Source: Camelus ferus (Eukaryota). Taken from it: a DNA stretch of 64,000 bases. Location: assembly GCF_009834535.1 (NCBI RefSeq), contig NC_045697.1, forward strand, positions 93,622,001 through 93,686,000, read 5' to 3'. Of this stretch, positions 50,050-63,750 are shown piece by piece. Made by a program: the position numbers and the translations under genes. The notes beneath the pieces are model-generated. The model searched no databases, was not told where the DNA came from, and was given only the letters and a program-made list of their open reading frames with translations. How positions within the stretch are numbered: position 1 is the first letter of the stretch; every line of letters begins with the position of its first letter.

Positions 50050-50245
50050 ACACCTCCTAGATTCGAATTTCAGCTCAGTCATATACTCTCTGGGTGATGG
50101 TTGGAAATGTACGTTATCTACACAAAACAAAGTTTCTGCAAATGTGGATAATGATAATGCCTAGCTAATAAAGTTGTTGTGAAGGATTAAATGAATTAAT
50201 ACACATAAAACAGAAAAAGCAGTGCCTGGCACATAGTAATTATTA
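50050..50245 (+). mobile_element. MIR SINE
   Basis: GTTGTTGTGAAGGATTAAATGAATTAATACACATAAAAC...AGTGCCTGGCACATAGTAA. Confidence 0.85.
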
Positions 50246-51363
50246 ATGATTTTATTATTTTCATTATATTATCCTATTTATGCCATTCTATTTATTAATT
50301 GCATATATGCAGATAGAAAATGAGTCATGTGCATTTACATCAAACTGTTGATTCATAATAAGATAGGTACATGTCAACGAAAACAGCTAGAAATAGAAGA
50401 AAATCACTACATGATAGCTCTCCTTTTCTAGGAGAAAATAAACAACACTTACCTAGTTTCTATGAGACACCTTAAAATTGTTTCTTCTTTAAAATGGTCA
50501 GCATATGCAGAATACAGTAAAATGTGATTTTTCTCATTATGCATATTAACTAAATTTAAACATCTGCATACAAAACAAGAACAAATCAATATTGTGAAAT
50601 AAATGAAATAAAACTAATATTGTTATTAATCTCAAATAAACACGTTAAATGTTATAATGTAACAATTTTAGAAGACCTTAAACATAATTTAGTTTAAATG
50701 TTTTGATTCCTCTTCACACATAGTTCTGTATATTCAACCCAAGTATATAATGATCTCAACTTATTCTCAAATACAATTCTATTTCTGCCTTTTGCAATGT
50801 TGCACAGTTTTTTTTTCCTCTTAATAATTTAAATGAAAATGCTCACCAGTATCTTCATACAGATTTTTTAATCTTTCTGCACTATTCCTCTGTATTTCTA
50901 GCGTAGGCACACTCTCCCATATTGTTTCTTACCTGATCCACCTTCACATGTGTTCCTTTGTCATCTTTTCTTCTTCAGCTTTTCTGACTCCATTTCTGTC
51001 TAGGTTGTAGAAATTCTATTTGCTAGCCACCCTATTAAATCATCTTTATCCATCTTAGTCTATTCTAATGCTATCCTTGCCTCACATACCCAGAAAGTTT
51101 ATTTGTAGCTGCATTGCTTATTGCATTCTGTTTTGTATTTATGAATTACTGTGTTTTGCCTGTAGTGTGTATTTTTCTTCAATGATCCATATTTATTTTA
51201 TGCATGTTTTTTAACTTCTGTGTGTTTAAATGTGTTACTTTCCTAAATTATAAAATCGCTAAATGCATAAAGAAGTGGAAAATTTTAAAAAGCATAAACA
51301 GATGAGGCGAACACATTTCCAGCATCTAATCAAAAGATAATTTTAATATTGGTACAAACAAAT

Positions 51364-51490
51364 TCACACACATATATATTATATACCAATGTTTTTTATA
51401 TATATATATTTATATATACACACACACATACATATGTATACATAACACAGAGTAACATATATGTCGTTACTCTGTGTGTTTTATATATAT

Positions 51491-51571
<81 letters not shown>

Positions 51572-51578
51572 TTATATA
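51364..51578. repeat. Compound microsatellite with a (CT)n(TA)n core at about 51496-51570
   Basis: Direct reading. Confidence 0.95.
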
Positions 51579-51779
51579 TTCAAATTACCCTAATCTTGAG
51601 TATTCATAGTGGTAAAATCTTAAAACTTCTACCTGCCTTTCTTCACTTTGATCACTTCATGGCTGAAAGAACTTGGTACTGATAGATGTTGTGATCATGG
51701 GAGAGAGGCTGGGAATTTTAAAAGATGTGAAGAGGTGTATGGTGGTCTCAACTCAATTGCCTTCTTTGCACATAGTGAC

Positions 51780-53400
51780 CAAAATTTGTCTTCATAATGT
51801 TAATGTGAAAAAGCAGGGCTGTTTGGCATATAGTTTTATACTTTACTAAGTCGAAGCCTTAATTAATGTAAAAGTATTGCCCCTTACTATTTGAGTATGC
51901 TTCGATATTATTTTTACTCCCTTCAGACAGTAAAGCATGTCTACTTGTAGTGTGTATGTAAAAAGGTATCAAATTGCATAAATAGTTTTAAAACCACTTT
52001 TTAATGTATAATCAAGGTTACACAATTTTCTATGCCATTAGTTAATGATATATAGTCATACAGTATACAGATATAAAGTAATGATATATTATTAATGTTA
52101 ATACCTTCATATTCTAATTTCATAAATTTATGACTTTTAGTGGATTTTCTTTTAATGAATGACATGACAAATGTTTTTACTCAATTTTCAACCATGCTTT
52201 ATTTCTGAAATAAAACCTAGTATTTTATTATATAATAGTCTAATACTTTACTGTTATATTGTTGTATGATTTTGGTAGTAATCATTTAAAACACATTAGT
52301 CTTTACTATATTCTAATAACTTTCAATTTTAAGATGCTTTTCACAATATCTAATATTTTTACATTATCTGTCACATCACATTTTCACACACCTATTACAA
52401 TATCTAATACCAAACATAAGATTGAAAATTATTTTAATTAACTTCTCAGATTTTTAAAATCCTGAAAGAAGCCTGCAAATTCATGGTCCCTTCTTTTTTA
52501 ACCTTTGGCAGTACTAAAAATATAAGTCATGAAGAGTCATGTAAATTTTCTATGTCTTTGAATCATACTTGCTCATTTATACTTTTCTAGAAATTACATG
52601 TTTAATAACATGTAACATATAATTTAATAACATCTTTAAATTTGGTCATGTACAGAAGTACTGTCTTACTGTTAATTAAGTGTACTAAACAGGAAATACA
52701 TTCTAATTTTCATTATCAAGATTTTTTCACTTTATCCTTTGTCTATGTCAGCTATTGTTTTATTCATTTCAGTGATTTTTTTAAAAGGACATTCTGGAAA
52801 ATATTAAGAAACTAAATTGTTTTAATTTTAGTAGTACTTCTTTTGTTTCTTAGTTTCCTTTGATGTTCTTCTAACACTTGGATTGCAGATTCTTCCTCTT
52901 TTATAAAGTAGAACTAGCATTGTGTTTTATATTCTTTATATTTCCTGTTAAAAAGTAAACCATCTAATTATTCTATGAATACAGTTTTGGCTGCACCCCA
53001 TATGTTTAAAGCAAATACTATTTTATTAACATTTATGTTCATAATACTTAATTTGAAAATAACTTGCAACTGGAATTTTAATATTTTATGTAACTCAAAC
53101 TATATTAATTATAGTACATTTTCTTTAGTTCTAAGCAGTTTCATTCTATTTCTGTTTTAAAAATGTTAGTACACAGCTTTATTTGACTGCCACCCAGGGA
53201 TATTACCTACACTCTCTTTAACATTTTTGAAATTTGTTCAGTTTTTCTTTTAGAAATATAATGTGACCACACATTATAGGATCTTGTGCAGTTGAAAAAC
53301 TAAAGGATTATATTCTCTGTGTCAGTGAAAGATATGCTTCAAAAGAGGTAATCACCAACACTTATAAATCCGGTAATTTAACACCAAGTTATACATAAAA
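51780..53400 (-). mobile_element. Very degraded L1ME-type remnants
   Basis: E.g. CATGCTTTATTTCTGAAATAAAACC and TATGAATACAGTTTTGGCTGCACCCCATATGTTT. Confidence 0.45.
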
Positions 53401-53799
53401 AGAAAACTTGACAGTGCACATTAGCCTTGAGATGTTTAATCCATTTCTCTCTTTCTCTAACAGATCAATTCCAGAAAAACATTATTAAAATAATAGAGGT
53501 GGATAATATAATTGATATTATTGATTTAATCTATATCAATTCTGTACATAAAAATTACTTTCTAGTCAACTTCTTATCTCAGCTTTCACCTCCAATTTTA
53601 TAAACCCTTTGCTTTCTGTAATTTAAAACCATTATACTAACAGTAATACTGTACAAAGTTTATAAATCTAATATCTATTTTAGATTATGCTCTTGAGTTA
53701 ATAAAAGCTGTGTTTTTCTCCTTAGTTGACTTACATGATTTTCCCAAAGGTCTCATTTTTTGTTGTTGTTATTCCTGGTATTGTTTTTATACTATTTAT

Positions 53800-54900
53800 T
53801 AATGCTTGACAAACAAGTGCCTCCTTCTTTGTTTATCATTCCAACACTGTGAAATATCAGCCATTTATCTCTTCACTGGTCTTTGGAATATTTTTCACAT
53901 ATTCCTTATAGCTGTATAGCTGAATAATTATTTACATAAGGTTTTTTAATCTGATTCATCCAGCATCCTGAAGAATTTGGGAGACATCTGGGACCTCCAG
54001 TCAGTAATTCCAAAAAGAGACATTTGTTTCTAGCAATTACATTTATTTTGTTTTCATCTTTTGTTTGATTGTTAAAGCCACCATACTTGGGGCCACCTTT
54101 CAGATTTCTGTTACTGCTCAGCCCTCCTCTACTACAAGTGTCCTGTGGAACGTGGTCTGAAGGGTTTTCTGCATCCACTCTTAACTCTTCTCCACACCCT
54201 CCCAAAATAGAGAATGTAGGTACAGGTCTTCTTATTTCCCCAAACCAGTTTATCAAGAAGTCGTTTCTGAGTCATTATCTTATCATGTATCTGTTATCCC
54301 TGCCCTGTATCTGAGTTTATGACAGCAATGGAAAGTATTTTCTAGTCCTGCACAATCAGTGCAACATTCACCCCAGTTTTATATTTCTTTCTGTGGCTGA
54401 GAGCTGCTTAGGTGGTGTCTTCAAAGCATAATCCTCAAAAGTTCTGATTCCGTCAAATTCATGATAAAAATTTGCAAGCCTTTTTTTTTTTGAACAATTG
54501 ATGTAAAGCAGCATTATTGATAATTTTCTTGCAAGAGCCTCAGGTCTTATTTTGTACCATTTGACACAACATTTCGTATTACTAATTTTAGTTTTGAAGC
54601 ATTTTTCCATTTAAAGACCAGAATTACATCAAAGGGCAGATGACGTATTTTCTGCACTCATGCTACTGATGGGATAGTTCTTCTTTCCTGGAGGATTTTT
54701 TTAAAGTCTGTTTTTAATTCACGTCTGTGCTGTTTGTATTACATAGCTGGACTTCTTACCCAGATTTATTTCTGGTATTATACTGTTTTATCTAAATGAT
54801 CATCAGTGCCTTTTGCAATTCTGATTACCCAGGGGATTATTTGTCTGACAACCAAACCACCTGCCTGGAAGGAAATTATGCTGCAGCTGCACCAATTGTC
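53800..54900 (-). pseudogene. Candidate large decayed exon (polar, low-order protein)
   Basis: Two non-repeat minus-strand ORFs (116 aa at 53906-54256, 80 aa at 54368-54610). Splice boundaries not resolved. Confidence 0.35.
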
Positions 54901-55759
54901 AAGATTTATTTTCCTAGAGCCTTACTATGGAAAAATGTGTCCTTTATAATCTCAACCATTGTATTAGTAAAATATATGTGGAAAGGTTGGAAATATACAT
55001 TTACATAATGGCTTAATCCTTATAACACATCTTTATGTCAACTATATATTAAATCCTATAAGCAGATATTCAATATAGGCATACATTTCTACCAGAACCT
55101 GAATCTATGCATATCTTAAGTGTTTAAACAGAAATAGTATAGTTCAAATCCTTAATAAAATGGGGGATTTTAACAATATTCTAGCCAACACACCATCTCA
55201 AACACATAATAGTTATTTTCTTTCAGAAAATTTAAGAAATATATTATTTTTGATCAAGAAGAAAAGTTTCAGTAGAGAATTTTTTTCTACACAGCAACAT
55301 AAAAACACTAATAAAATTTTTGAAACCACTAACAGAATTTCATACTCTATAATTTATAACTGTAAGGTTTAGATAAAACTTTATAGAATGTAAAATACTT
55401 TAAGGCAATTCATAGAAATAGTATTTCCTTTATTTTCTCTAATAATTTTTTCCATTACTTTTAAGGAATATATATATTTCATTAAGGAACATAATGGAAC
55501 ATATGTATGTATCATTTATTTATATTATATGTAGCAAATATCTAATAAGTATATTTATACTGTTATATTCCTTAAAGAAGTATGTATGTATATTTATTAT
55601 TATTCCTATTATATTCCTTAAAGAAAGCATAATAAAATACTTTCTATGTTATTTTATACCTTCCAAAGAGATTAACATGCAACAACTCTCTAATAGTAAA
55701 AATATGATAAACACATGCATATATATACATGCATCATCTGGAGTTTAAAAAAATATCCT

Positions 55760-56420
55760 GGTTGATAGAAGTGTAAATACAAGTGGAATTATATCTCCCA
55801 CCCCATGAGAACTTTGAAGTAAGTACAGAAGTTTAATGATGTCACGAGGGAGCCAGGCACTTTTTATCTGTCTGCTTTGCTTTCTTTGGAATATGCCTGT
55901 CGCCCTCACTGTTCTGCTCACATGCAAGAATCTGGAAGGACCCAGACCCTGCAACCTGTAGCAAGTGTACATCTTCATTTGCAGCTCAACTTTTTTTATT
56001 TAATTGTATATCCTGTATGAGTTCAGTAAGTACTCATAGACCTGTCTCAGTCTTTCAATGGCTGAGCATAATACCAAAGCATATTATGATGTGACAGTGC
56101 ATTATTTAACATGTTTTATATTGTTCGACATTCATACTGTTTCTAATTTTAGCTAATATAAATAATTCTTTAATGACTACACTTGCGCTTTTGTTTTTCT
56201 GCGTATATATAAATATATCTGTGAAAAATTTCCTAGCATCTGTAATGTTTTGAATAACAGTGGGTACATTTTAAATCATTGATAAATATTTAAATTGTCA
56301 CTCATGGCATTTAAAAGTTGACAGTTCCACCAGTGGTATATTAAAGTGTCATTTTACCAGCACTAATAGATGCTATTCACAACACTTTTCCATTTTTACC
56401 AGTCTGACGAATGACAAACA
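55760..56420 (-). mobile_element. MLT1-type LTR fragment (about 55760-55960) and L1ME 3' fragment (about 55990-56420)
   Basis: Reverse strand reads AAGTGCCTGGCTCCCTCGTGACATCAT (MLT1-like); forward TTCCACCAGTGGTATATTAAAGTGTCATTT is antisense L1ME-like. Confidence 0.5.
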
Positions 56421-56429
56421 GGGTCCTGT

Positions 56430-57628
56430 GTACGGTGTTGTTATTCATCCCAGAAATAGATTCCTGTCTTTTCCTGAACAAGTCCTGAGTACCTAGATCT
56501 AGAGTTCTTTATGATTTCTCTTTAACTATCTAAGCTTCTCCTTAATCACAGGTTTGTCTCAGTGTCTATTCTGCTGCCAGATGTTCAACCTCCACAGCCT
56601 AGTGCCTGGGTTAGCCTTGACGACTCATCTCACTGCTGTGCGTCAGTCTGAATCTTTACAGTGGTCGCTGCTAACTTTGGCAGTGAGAAAATTATGTCAG
56701 CACTGCCTCTTATTTTGTTCATTGACAGCTTTTTTTTTTTTCCAGTTCTTAACACTCAGTATATCACTCAGCAATTATAAAATCTCTTAAAACTGCAGGC
56801 TGGATTTAAATAAAATGTCAAATGAAACAAAATAATCTTATCAAGTCCAGCTGCAAGTGCATATGGTGCTGTGCTCTTTATTCTGCTCTGTCATGTTCAT
56901 TGTCAAGGGCCCTTTCTCCTTACGCAACTTTTTGAAAATATACTCATTGACAAGAATATAACAAATTCATCCAAGCTGAGACAGACGTGGTGAAGGGACC
57001 TCCATTAACATTCAGCAAGAGGGCAATTTGAGTCCATTTTTGAGCCGTTTTTTAGAATTTTGGCAACTGATTTTTCCTTTCTCTCAGGCATGTCGATTTT
57101 TAAGTATCTGTTTTCCTGACAGTGTGGTGCCAGAACTCCATCATTCAGCCCAATAATCATACCGAAGTATCCATAAAAGTGAATTTTTGTGTTTTATCTG
57201 TTTATCTTTGTGTGCTTGCTTAAATTTTAATTTTGCCCTTGGTCAGATAATCAACCAATGTCACTTTCTCCGCCTCCTTAGTTTCACATTTAATATCATT
57301 TCTATAACATCTGTTTTCTAGATGGTGTCATTTTAATGAGGAAAGAAGCTGACAAAAATCTGGAAGTGTTACTAAGTTTAAGGATGTGACCATAACTGCT
57401 TTAAGCTAAAAACATACACTGCTCTGAAACTACTTGTCCAAGTTTATTTCTCAGAGTATGACAAGCACACAACTCTATGGCAACAGGCAAAACGATTAAT
57501 TGATTCAAAACAAGCAACGCATTGCTACTTCCCCTGAAATGGAAGTCTGAGTCACAAGAGAAAACCAGACTAGTGGCACCTTTCTTTGATCCAAATGATT
57601 CTGGAAGCAGATAGATATAAGAAGACAC
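56430..57628 (-). pseudogene. Candidate large decayed exon
   Basis: aaag|VSSYIYLLPESFGSKKGATSLVFSCDSDFHFRGSSNALLVLNQLIVLPVAIELCACHTLRNKLGQ..., followed by frameshifted protein-like stretches (MIIGLNDGVLAPHCQENRYLKIDMPERKEKSVAKILKNG). Confidence 0.4.
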
Positions 57629-58539
57629 CTTTTACAGCATCATGCCAGAAAGGTTAACTACTTTTTATGCTTCAAAGTCACTCTCACTGTCTAGAGAACA
57701 TTATACCTAAATTGGAAAGGGCACATCTTTTTACCTTAGCTGCTGTTGTCTGACTAATAGAGGAAGTCAAGCTAGTTGTTTTTATTGTTCCTTTTAACCA
57801 TTTACGATTTATCATTCTACATTGTGTATTGACAGGGAAGCAGCTATGTCCACTTGGTTCACATAGGTCCCATGAATTAAATGAAAGTCAGAATAAACAT
57901 GATTAAACTTTATCACATAGTAGACATTCATTTGATGTATTACATACGAATAGAATTATAAAACATTTACACGCTTCCTTAGTCCTCAGTTTTGGGGGGA
58001 GGGGAGAGATAGCTTGCCAGTCTTTTCATTTGGATTATGTTATAGTCAAAGGGAAAAAAATGAGACATTTATTCATATTTATAGGTAGGATTCCTTATGT
58101 GAGTGGTTGGATTTGGAGTCATTTTGCTCCTGTAGTAAGTACTCTTCAGATCTTTCTCTTTTTCCACCCCAGAATATCCCGTCCTCTTTTCTGAATTGAG
58201 TGGAACTGGGAGCCAGGAGGCAGGTCTGCTGAAGGTGGTGTTGGTAGCCACTTTAGTTCAGCTGCTGCTGGCACTATCAGATGAGCTTAACAAAGAAGAT
58301 GTTCTGCTGCTTTAAATGCACAGCCCTCAAATCCTGGACATTTGTACTTGTTTGGTATTAATTTTCCAAGTTCCAACACTCAGATGTCAGCGCAGATCCT
58401 GATGGCATTCTAACATAGCCATTGAATGCAAAGACCAAGGAAAAAACAGGTGTTTTTGGTGGCTACTTGACAACAGAAATTGTCTGAGGTGCCCAGTGAG
58501 GGAAATTCCACCACTTTCGATAGGTCCTGAATGCATTTA

Positions 58540-58960
58540 TGTATTAATTTGTTACCACAGCATAAAATTTACGACAGACTTTGCACCTTAAAACAATTTC
58601 CGTTTATTGGCTTACAGTTCTGTAAGTCAGAAGTCTGAGAGAGTTTAACTGGGTTCTCCACTTCTGGTCACACACAGCCTAAATCAAACCATCAGCCAGT
58701 CTGGGCTGTGATCTGGAAGTTCTGAGAAATACTCCCTTCCAAGCCCACTCAGGTCATTGGTCAAACTCAGTCCCTTAAACTTGTGGACTGAGAGCCCCAT
58801 TTCCTTGTTAGTTGTCAGCCCGCAGTCTACTTTCTGCCCCTTAAGGTGGCCCACATTTCTTTTTGCACATGGCTCGCTCTAACTTCAAAGCCAGCGATGG
58901 CGCCTCAGATACTTCAAACCTTCTGCTTTGAATCTGACCTCTTCTTAACCTCTCTTCTTT
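58540..58960 (-). mobile_element. MaLR LTR (MLT1D/E-like)
   Basis: TGTATTAATTTG...CTTAAAACAA...TTTATTGGCTTACAGTTCTGTAAGTCAGAAGTCTGAG...CTTCAAAGCCAGC. Confidence 0.8.
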
Positions 58961-59349
58961 AATACTAGAATATATTAAAATCACCTTAATTTTTCCTTCT
59001 ACGTCACGAGTTCTAGAAATGGAGTCAGTTTTATATTAAACTAGAGAGAAAATGCACCTAAGTGAAACTCCCTTGTGACAATTAAAACATGACAATTTTC
59101 ACTGCCCACTTATTACATGGAAAATAATATAGGAAAGTTCTTCCTTAAGCACCTTCCAGAGGCTGATGATCCCTGGAAGATTCTGAGAGACCCCTGAGGT
59201 TCTAAGGCTGTTGCCAACAAACACCCTGTGATATTCTGGGCCAGTCGCATCTCTGATTTCCACAGAAGAGAGCTTCCCAGGCGATTACAGCTTTACTGTG
59301 ATTAAGGACATTGAGATAAAAAAGCTAAGTGGATTTCACATGAACCTCC

Positions 59350-59450
59350 CAGTGTTAACTCTGGGATAGGAGTGCAGATATTTGCATTTTTTCCAAATAT
59401 TCAGTATTAGTAATGTCTTCAGAGATTAAATTTTGAAAGTCATTGTCCCA
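59350..59450. mobile_element. MER5A-like fragment
   Basis: ACTCTGGGATAGG...ATTTGCATTTTTTCCAAAT...TTTTGAAAGTCATTG. Confidence 0.45.
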
Positions 59451-62183
59451 AAACTATAAAAACTGTTACTCCTGATTAGGAGTGATTTCTGTATGATTCT
59501 AATTTCTAGACAATTATTAGGGTTATTATTTCATAATCAGAATGTTTGGCTAAAATATATATTTACATTTCATACTGAAATACGTAATATTTTTTAAAAA
59601 TAGTGTTTTCTAAAAACTTAAGAAAAGAAGAATAAAATATATGTTTTTACCAGTTGTAAAACTTGTTGATTTTTAAAGTATTCAGATACATCCTTTAAAA
59701 TTCTCATTTAGCTATTCACATTAATGTCTGATTTTCTTTCAGTGATGAAATATTTGATCCTACTTATCTTTCTTCTGTGGATAACAGAGATACAAAAATG
59801 CACTAGGTACAGGTGATTTTTTTTCAGCCTTTCACAAAACTATTTGAAACCCAGATTTATTGGCTTCACTTTGGTTTCTCAGTCAGTTTTAGGCAATATA
59901 AACCTGTTAATTTAACATTGTGAGGTTCAACATTTCCCTCAGTAATAGCTGAGAAGTGGATGCCTTACTCAACACTTCCTAACAGGGAGGACAGACAGCT
60001 TCATTTCAGGAGCTTCATGCGTATCATAATTCTCCTGCTGAGCTATTTATTACCCTGTAGAATCGTAAGTGATTTCTATATTATGTAAAATACTGTATGC
60101 ATCAAAGGTGACATATGCCATTTGGGGGCTTTATTATAGGTCATCTAACAAATTGTAAGGACAGTCGAGCCAGAATGAGATTGCAGAATGCAAAGCAGAT
60201 CCCTGCGAGTGGCTCTCCTGATGTGCTGTCCTGTCCGATTGTGGGGATGCTGCCTTCGAGGGAAGTATGAAAAGTGTCACTCGGTTTTTCTCTCTCAGGA
60301 CCACCTATACGTTTGTGATTCTGTAATCTCATTTTATGTGCCTCTTGCAAATTGAATCATGTTGTACGAGGACAGATATTGTCATCAGCAAAAAAAATGT
60401 ATAGTTAACCACAACCATATTCCTCACATAAGGTCAAATATATTTTCTAATACATTTAGGTGAAAATAGATGTTTGTTCTCTATGAGACTTCATTTTCTA
60501 AGTATTTTAGGCATACGACTGAAAGTAAAAATATTTCTTTCTTATCTTAGCAAGTTGGCAGACTAAATTTGAAATGGTACTTTCATGCAAACGCTTAAAT
60601 ATGACAATATATTTGAAAGTGACAGCCCTAGAGAAAAGCTTTCTCCCTTGTTCTTTACACACTCTGTTATGCACGTTTTGCCAACCCTATTATGTTTGTT
60701 TAATCAAAATAATATATATTTTATATATTGTATTAATATATAATGTATAATTTATCTATATTTATATATTATTTATATCTGTAGTATATATATCAGTGTA
60801 TACAGAATGCTATCTATGCCGGTGGAATTACGAAGTAAATAGTGAAAGGAAATGGTTTTCGTTCTTATGAAACTCACATCTAAAGGAGGACAAAAGTAAA
60901 CACCTATTGCATTTAAAACAATAAAACTGAAACAATTGCACAAAAATTGAAAATTTTAATCAGATATTTATTTAAGTAGTAAATAGTTCACAAGCTGAAG
61001 AATAAAAGATAGAGTGTGAGTAAACATAGCTGTGGGAGGATTTTATCTGGTGAATTCTGAGCTGATTGAAATAAAAATGTATTAAAATCAGCTAATATCA
61101 AAAAACAAGGACTAAAATGAGATTTCACGAGAACTGGAATACAGTTATATAACCACTGTCTCGTTTTTCTTAGGATTTATGTGATTCGTTTCCCAATATC
61201 CCTACCCTACCTATTGAAGACTTTTGTTTTGGATTGCACGTGAACCACCATGAAACCATACTCACTTAGTCTCTGTAATAACAAAGCTTAAGTCCCCAGT
61301 ATTATTTAATGGACTCAGTTTTCCGTATCCAAACCCAATCCACAAGGGAAATGTATCCAGCCCTTTTTGATGGCATGTCTCAGTCCTGAAACAATAATTT
61401 GTGGTTAAAAGAATAGGACAACCTAGAAAATATACGTCCTATTTTGTTAACTCCTTCAACAGATAGTATGGGTAATTTCTCACAGAAGAGGCTGTGAATT
61501 AGAAAGGAATATCTGACTTCGATACTACAGATAGTCACTTGGAAGAAATATGGAATGAGCTTATTTAAATGAATCTTGAGGTGAGCTGTAAGGGAGAGAT
61601 TATTTATTTTCTTGTGTAGAGAGTACGCATTATTTAATGAATTCTAAGTTGATACAGTTAAAAATGCGTGTGTGTGGTACTGAGTTAGTTACACTAACTG
61701 AATTTATAAGAATAAAATATGGTGCTGTGAAAAAAAGCTGGAAGTGTCTTGGGAATAAAACTTGTTTTACTTGTTTTTTTTTTTTTTTTTTTTTTTTTTT
61801 TGCAGTGGTTTTGGAAAAAGATGAAGGAGAAGGAAGAAAAAATAAAAGATAATTTCCAATAAATGAATCAGGACAAGGTAAGTATATCTTATGATGCTTC
61901 TCCATCTATAACACAATTCATATTTTAGTACCCAGATCATCTAATTATTTTAGAAGGATTCCAGTTGTACAGATAAAATAACCCAAATCATGCTATTATA
62001 TTTCATTATAGTGCTTCAGTAATTTTAATATTATCTTTTGTTTCATGATTTCAGTTAACTGAAGTAGTTTTGACTATGAGTAGCTTACATTTGAAGTAAA
62101 TATGTCTGGACCACTCAAAGCATTGGCTCTAAAATAAAATAGTTACCTCTAAGTAGATTATGTCACAGAATAACAATCTTCAC

Positions 62184-62540
62184 CTGTCAACAAACTCCTG
62201 CCCTCATCCATCAGTTTATTTATGCAATAGACATTTGCCACAACCCAAAGCATTCTACATTCACAAAAGGCAAGCAGAGCAGAAATCTCAAAGAATTTCA
62301 TGTCAATCTGTTATAATCACCAAAATGAACGCTTGACAACTACATGTCTGTTCAAATGCACTCTTACCCTTATGGCTTTGCTAATATCTTGCAGATCAAA
62401 AGGAGCTTTGATTTATCAGAGGTCTGTGACTAATTCACTATGTATGGGAGGGCAAGAAAACATCCAGCTTTTCTTTAATACATCACTTCTTCAGATTACT
62501 GTACACTGAGTTCATTCTCATCCCTCATCCTTGAAAAGAT
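62184..62540 (-). pseudogene. Candidate pseudo-exon
   Basis: catattttattatttag| ... ACAG|gtgaag; CIKEKLDVFLPPIHSELVTDL**IKAPFDLQDISKAIRVRVHLNRHVVVKRSFW*L*QIDMKFFEISALLAFCECRMLWVVANVYCINKLMDEGRSLLT. Confidence 0.4.
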
Positions 62541-63334
62541 CTAAATAATAAAATATGATTATGTTGATAATATATTTTGGAATCCCATACTCCAGAAGCT
62601 TCACATATTATAATGCGAATAAATAGATGTTTTGATATTTAGGAAGGAAAAAATGTAAGTGAAAACTGGGGCTAGGCAAGACAATGGAAGGAGCATTAAA
62701 AGAAAACCAGAAATATTTCAGAGCTGTTTCCTGGGCTCCTTTAAAAGATTTGATTTTAGAACATATCATTTTAAAGAGAGAAGCAAATAAAGGGGTGATA
62801 ACTTCACCCACTCTTAAAATATATAATTGTAACCTCTTAAAGAATTTAGCAACATGTGCAAGATTCAGTCTTTTATATCTTACCACTTAGGTTCCCATGA
62901 AAAAAATTAAAACAAAACCTTTTTATCAATACAAAAACTATCAATAATACCAGTCCTATATCTGTAATCATGTAACGTTGCAGTCAATTTTCAAATTATA
63001 AACAACGTCAAAGTACTTAGCCACCTCCAATTAAACAAATCTTGGACTAATTGTTCAACATGGTATTCTCTGAACTAGGGTACCATTGGCTGCCTTGTTT
63101 CCCACACAGAACAGAACATCTGATTATATAACATTCCACTGATACATAGATGCATTCATTTATAACAGCATCTCATGAAACTCTTAGAAGTCCTCTGTAT
63201 CCTATATCCATCTGGGAAAAAATGTTTTAATGCATATTAGGGTGAGTGTAACTTCCAATTTTACCTTGAATTAAGAAGAAGAAAGAAACAGATAAAGTAG
63301 AAAAATATCTAAATTCCTAAATTCAACAAATTAC

Positions 63335-63750
63335 CATTGAATGTTTGCTGGAATTTGAGAATTTGATTTGGCTGAAATCACAGTTTATTCCTCAGCCTTT
63401 TGACCATGATGGAACCTGTATCCAGTCATAGGTCTAAAAGCAAAGATGGTGGTGGGGGTAAATCCTGAGAAGCATTAGCAATGCCCCTCAAGGCAACTAT
63501 CCCAGGGGAGGCCTTTACAAGTTCTCCAGGCAAAGGAGGACTGAGCTCCTGAGACATGGGTGAGAGGGCAAAGAACACTCATCAGAACCTAGGGGATCTA
63601 GGCCTCCAACTTCATCAGAACTGCTTATATATCACTACTCCAGCTTTCAGGATCCTCTTTCTTCCCAGTCATCCTCTCAGAAGTTTGTGTTGTAATTCGG
63701 CTACTCAAAGGAGACTCCTGAGTTTGGTTTTCAGCAATATTGGCCTTTAA
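63335..63750 (-). pseudogene. Candidate pseudo-exon (S/E/P-rich)
   Basis: acttttatctcctgtag|LKANIAENQTQESPLSSRITTQTSERMTGKKEDPESWSSD, then frameshifted ISSSDEVGGLDPLGSDECSLPSHP; donor ATG|gtaatt. May be continuous with upstream sequence beyond the window. Confidence 0.35.

Larger units (their letters stand above)
1060..63750 (-). pseudogene. Decayed multi-exon gene (unprocessed/unitary pseudogene candidate), identity unknown; maximal extent
   Basis: Series of minus-strand segments bounded by polypyrimidine-AG acceptors and GT donors, with protein-like translations interrupted by stops and frameshifts. The core (7182-22866) is well supported; the outer exons are less certain. Confidence 0.65.

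Noticed and set aside
58171..58314. Plus-strand terminal exon candidate (ttttccaccccag|...YPVLFSELSG...)
   Set aside because: No upstream plus-strand partner exon found; the region is equally explained as antisense of a purine-rich minus-strand segment.
561..63750. The many 60-170 aa ORFs in the track as stand-alone genes
   Set aside because: Most are antisense or alternative frames of L1/LTR sequence, or chance ORFs in AT-rich DNA. Those with splice support are treated as pseudo-exons instead.
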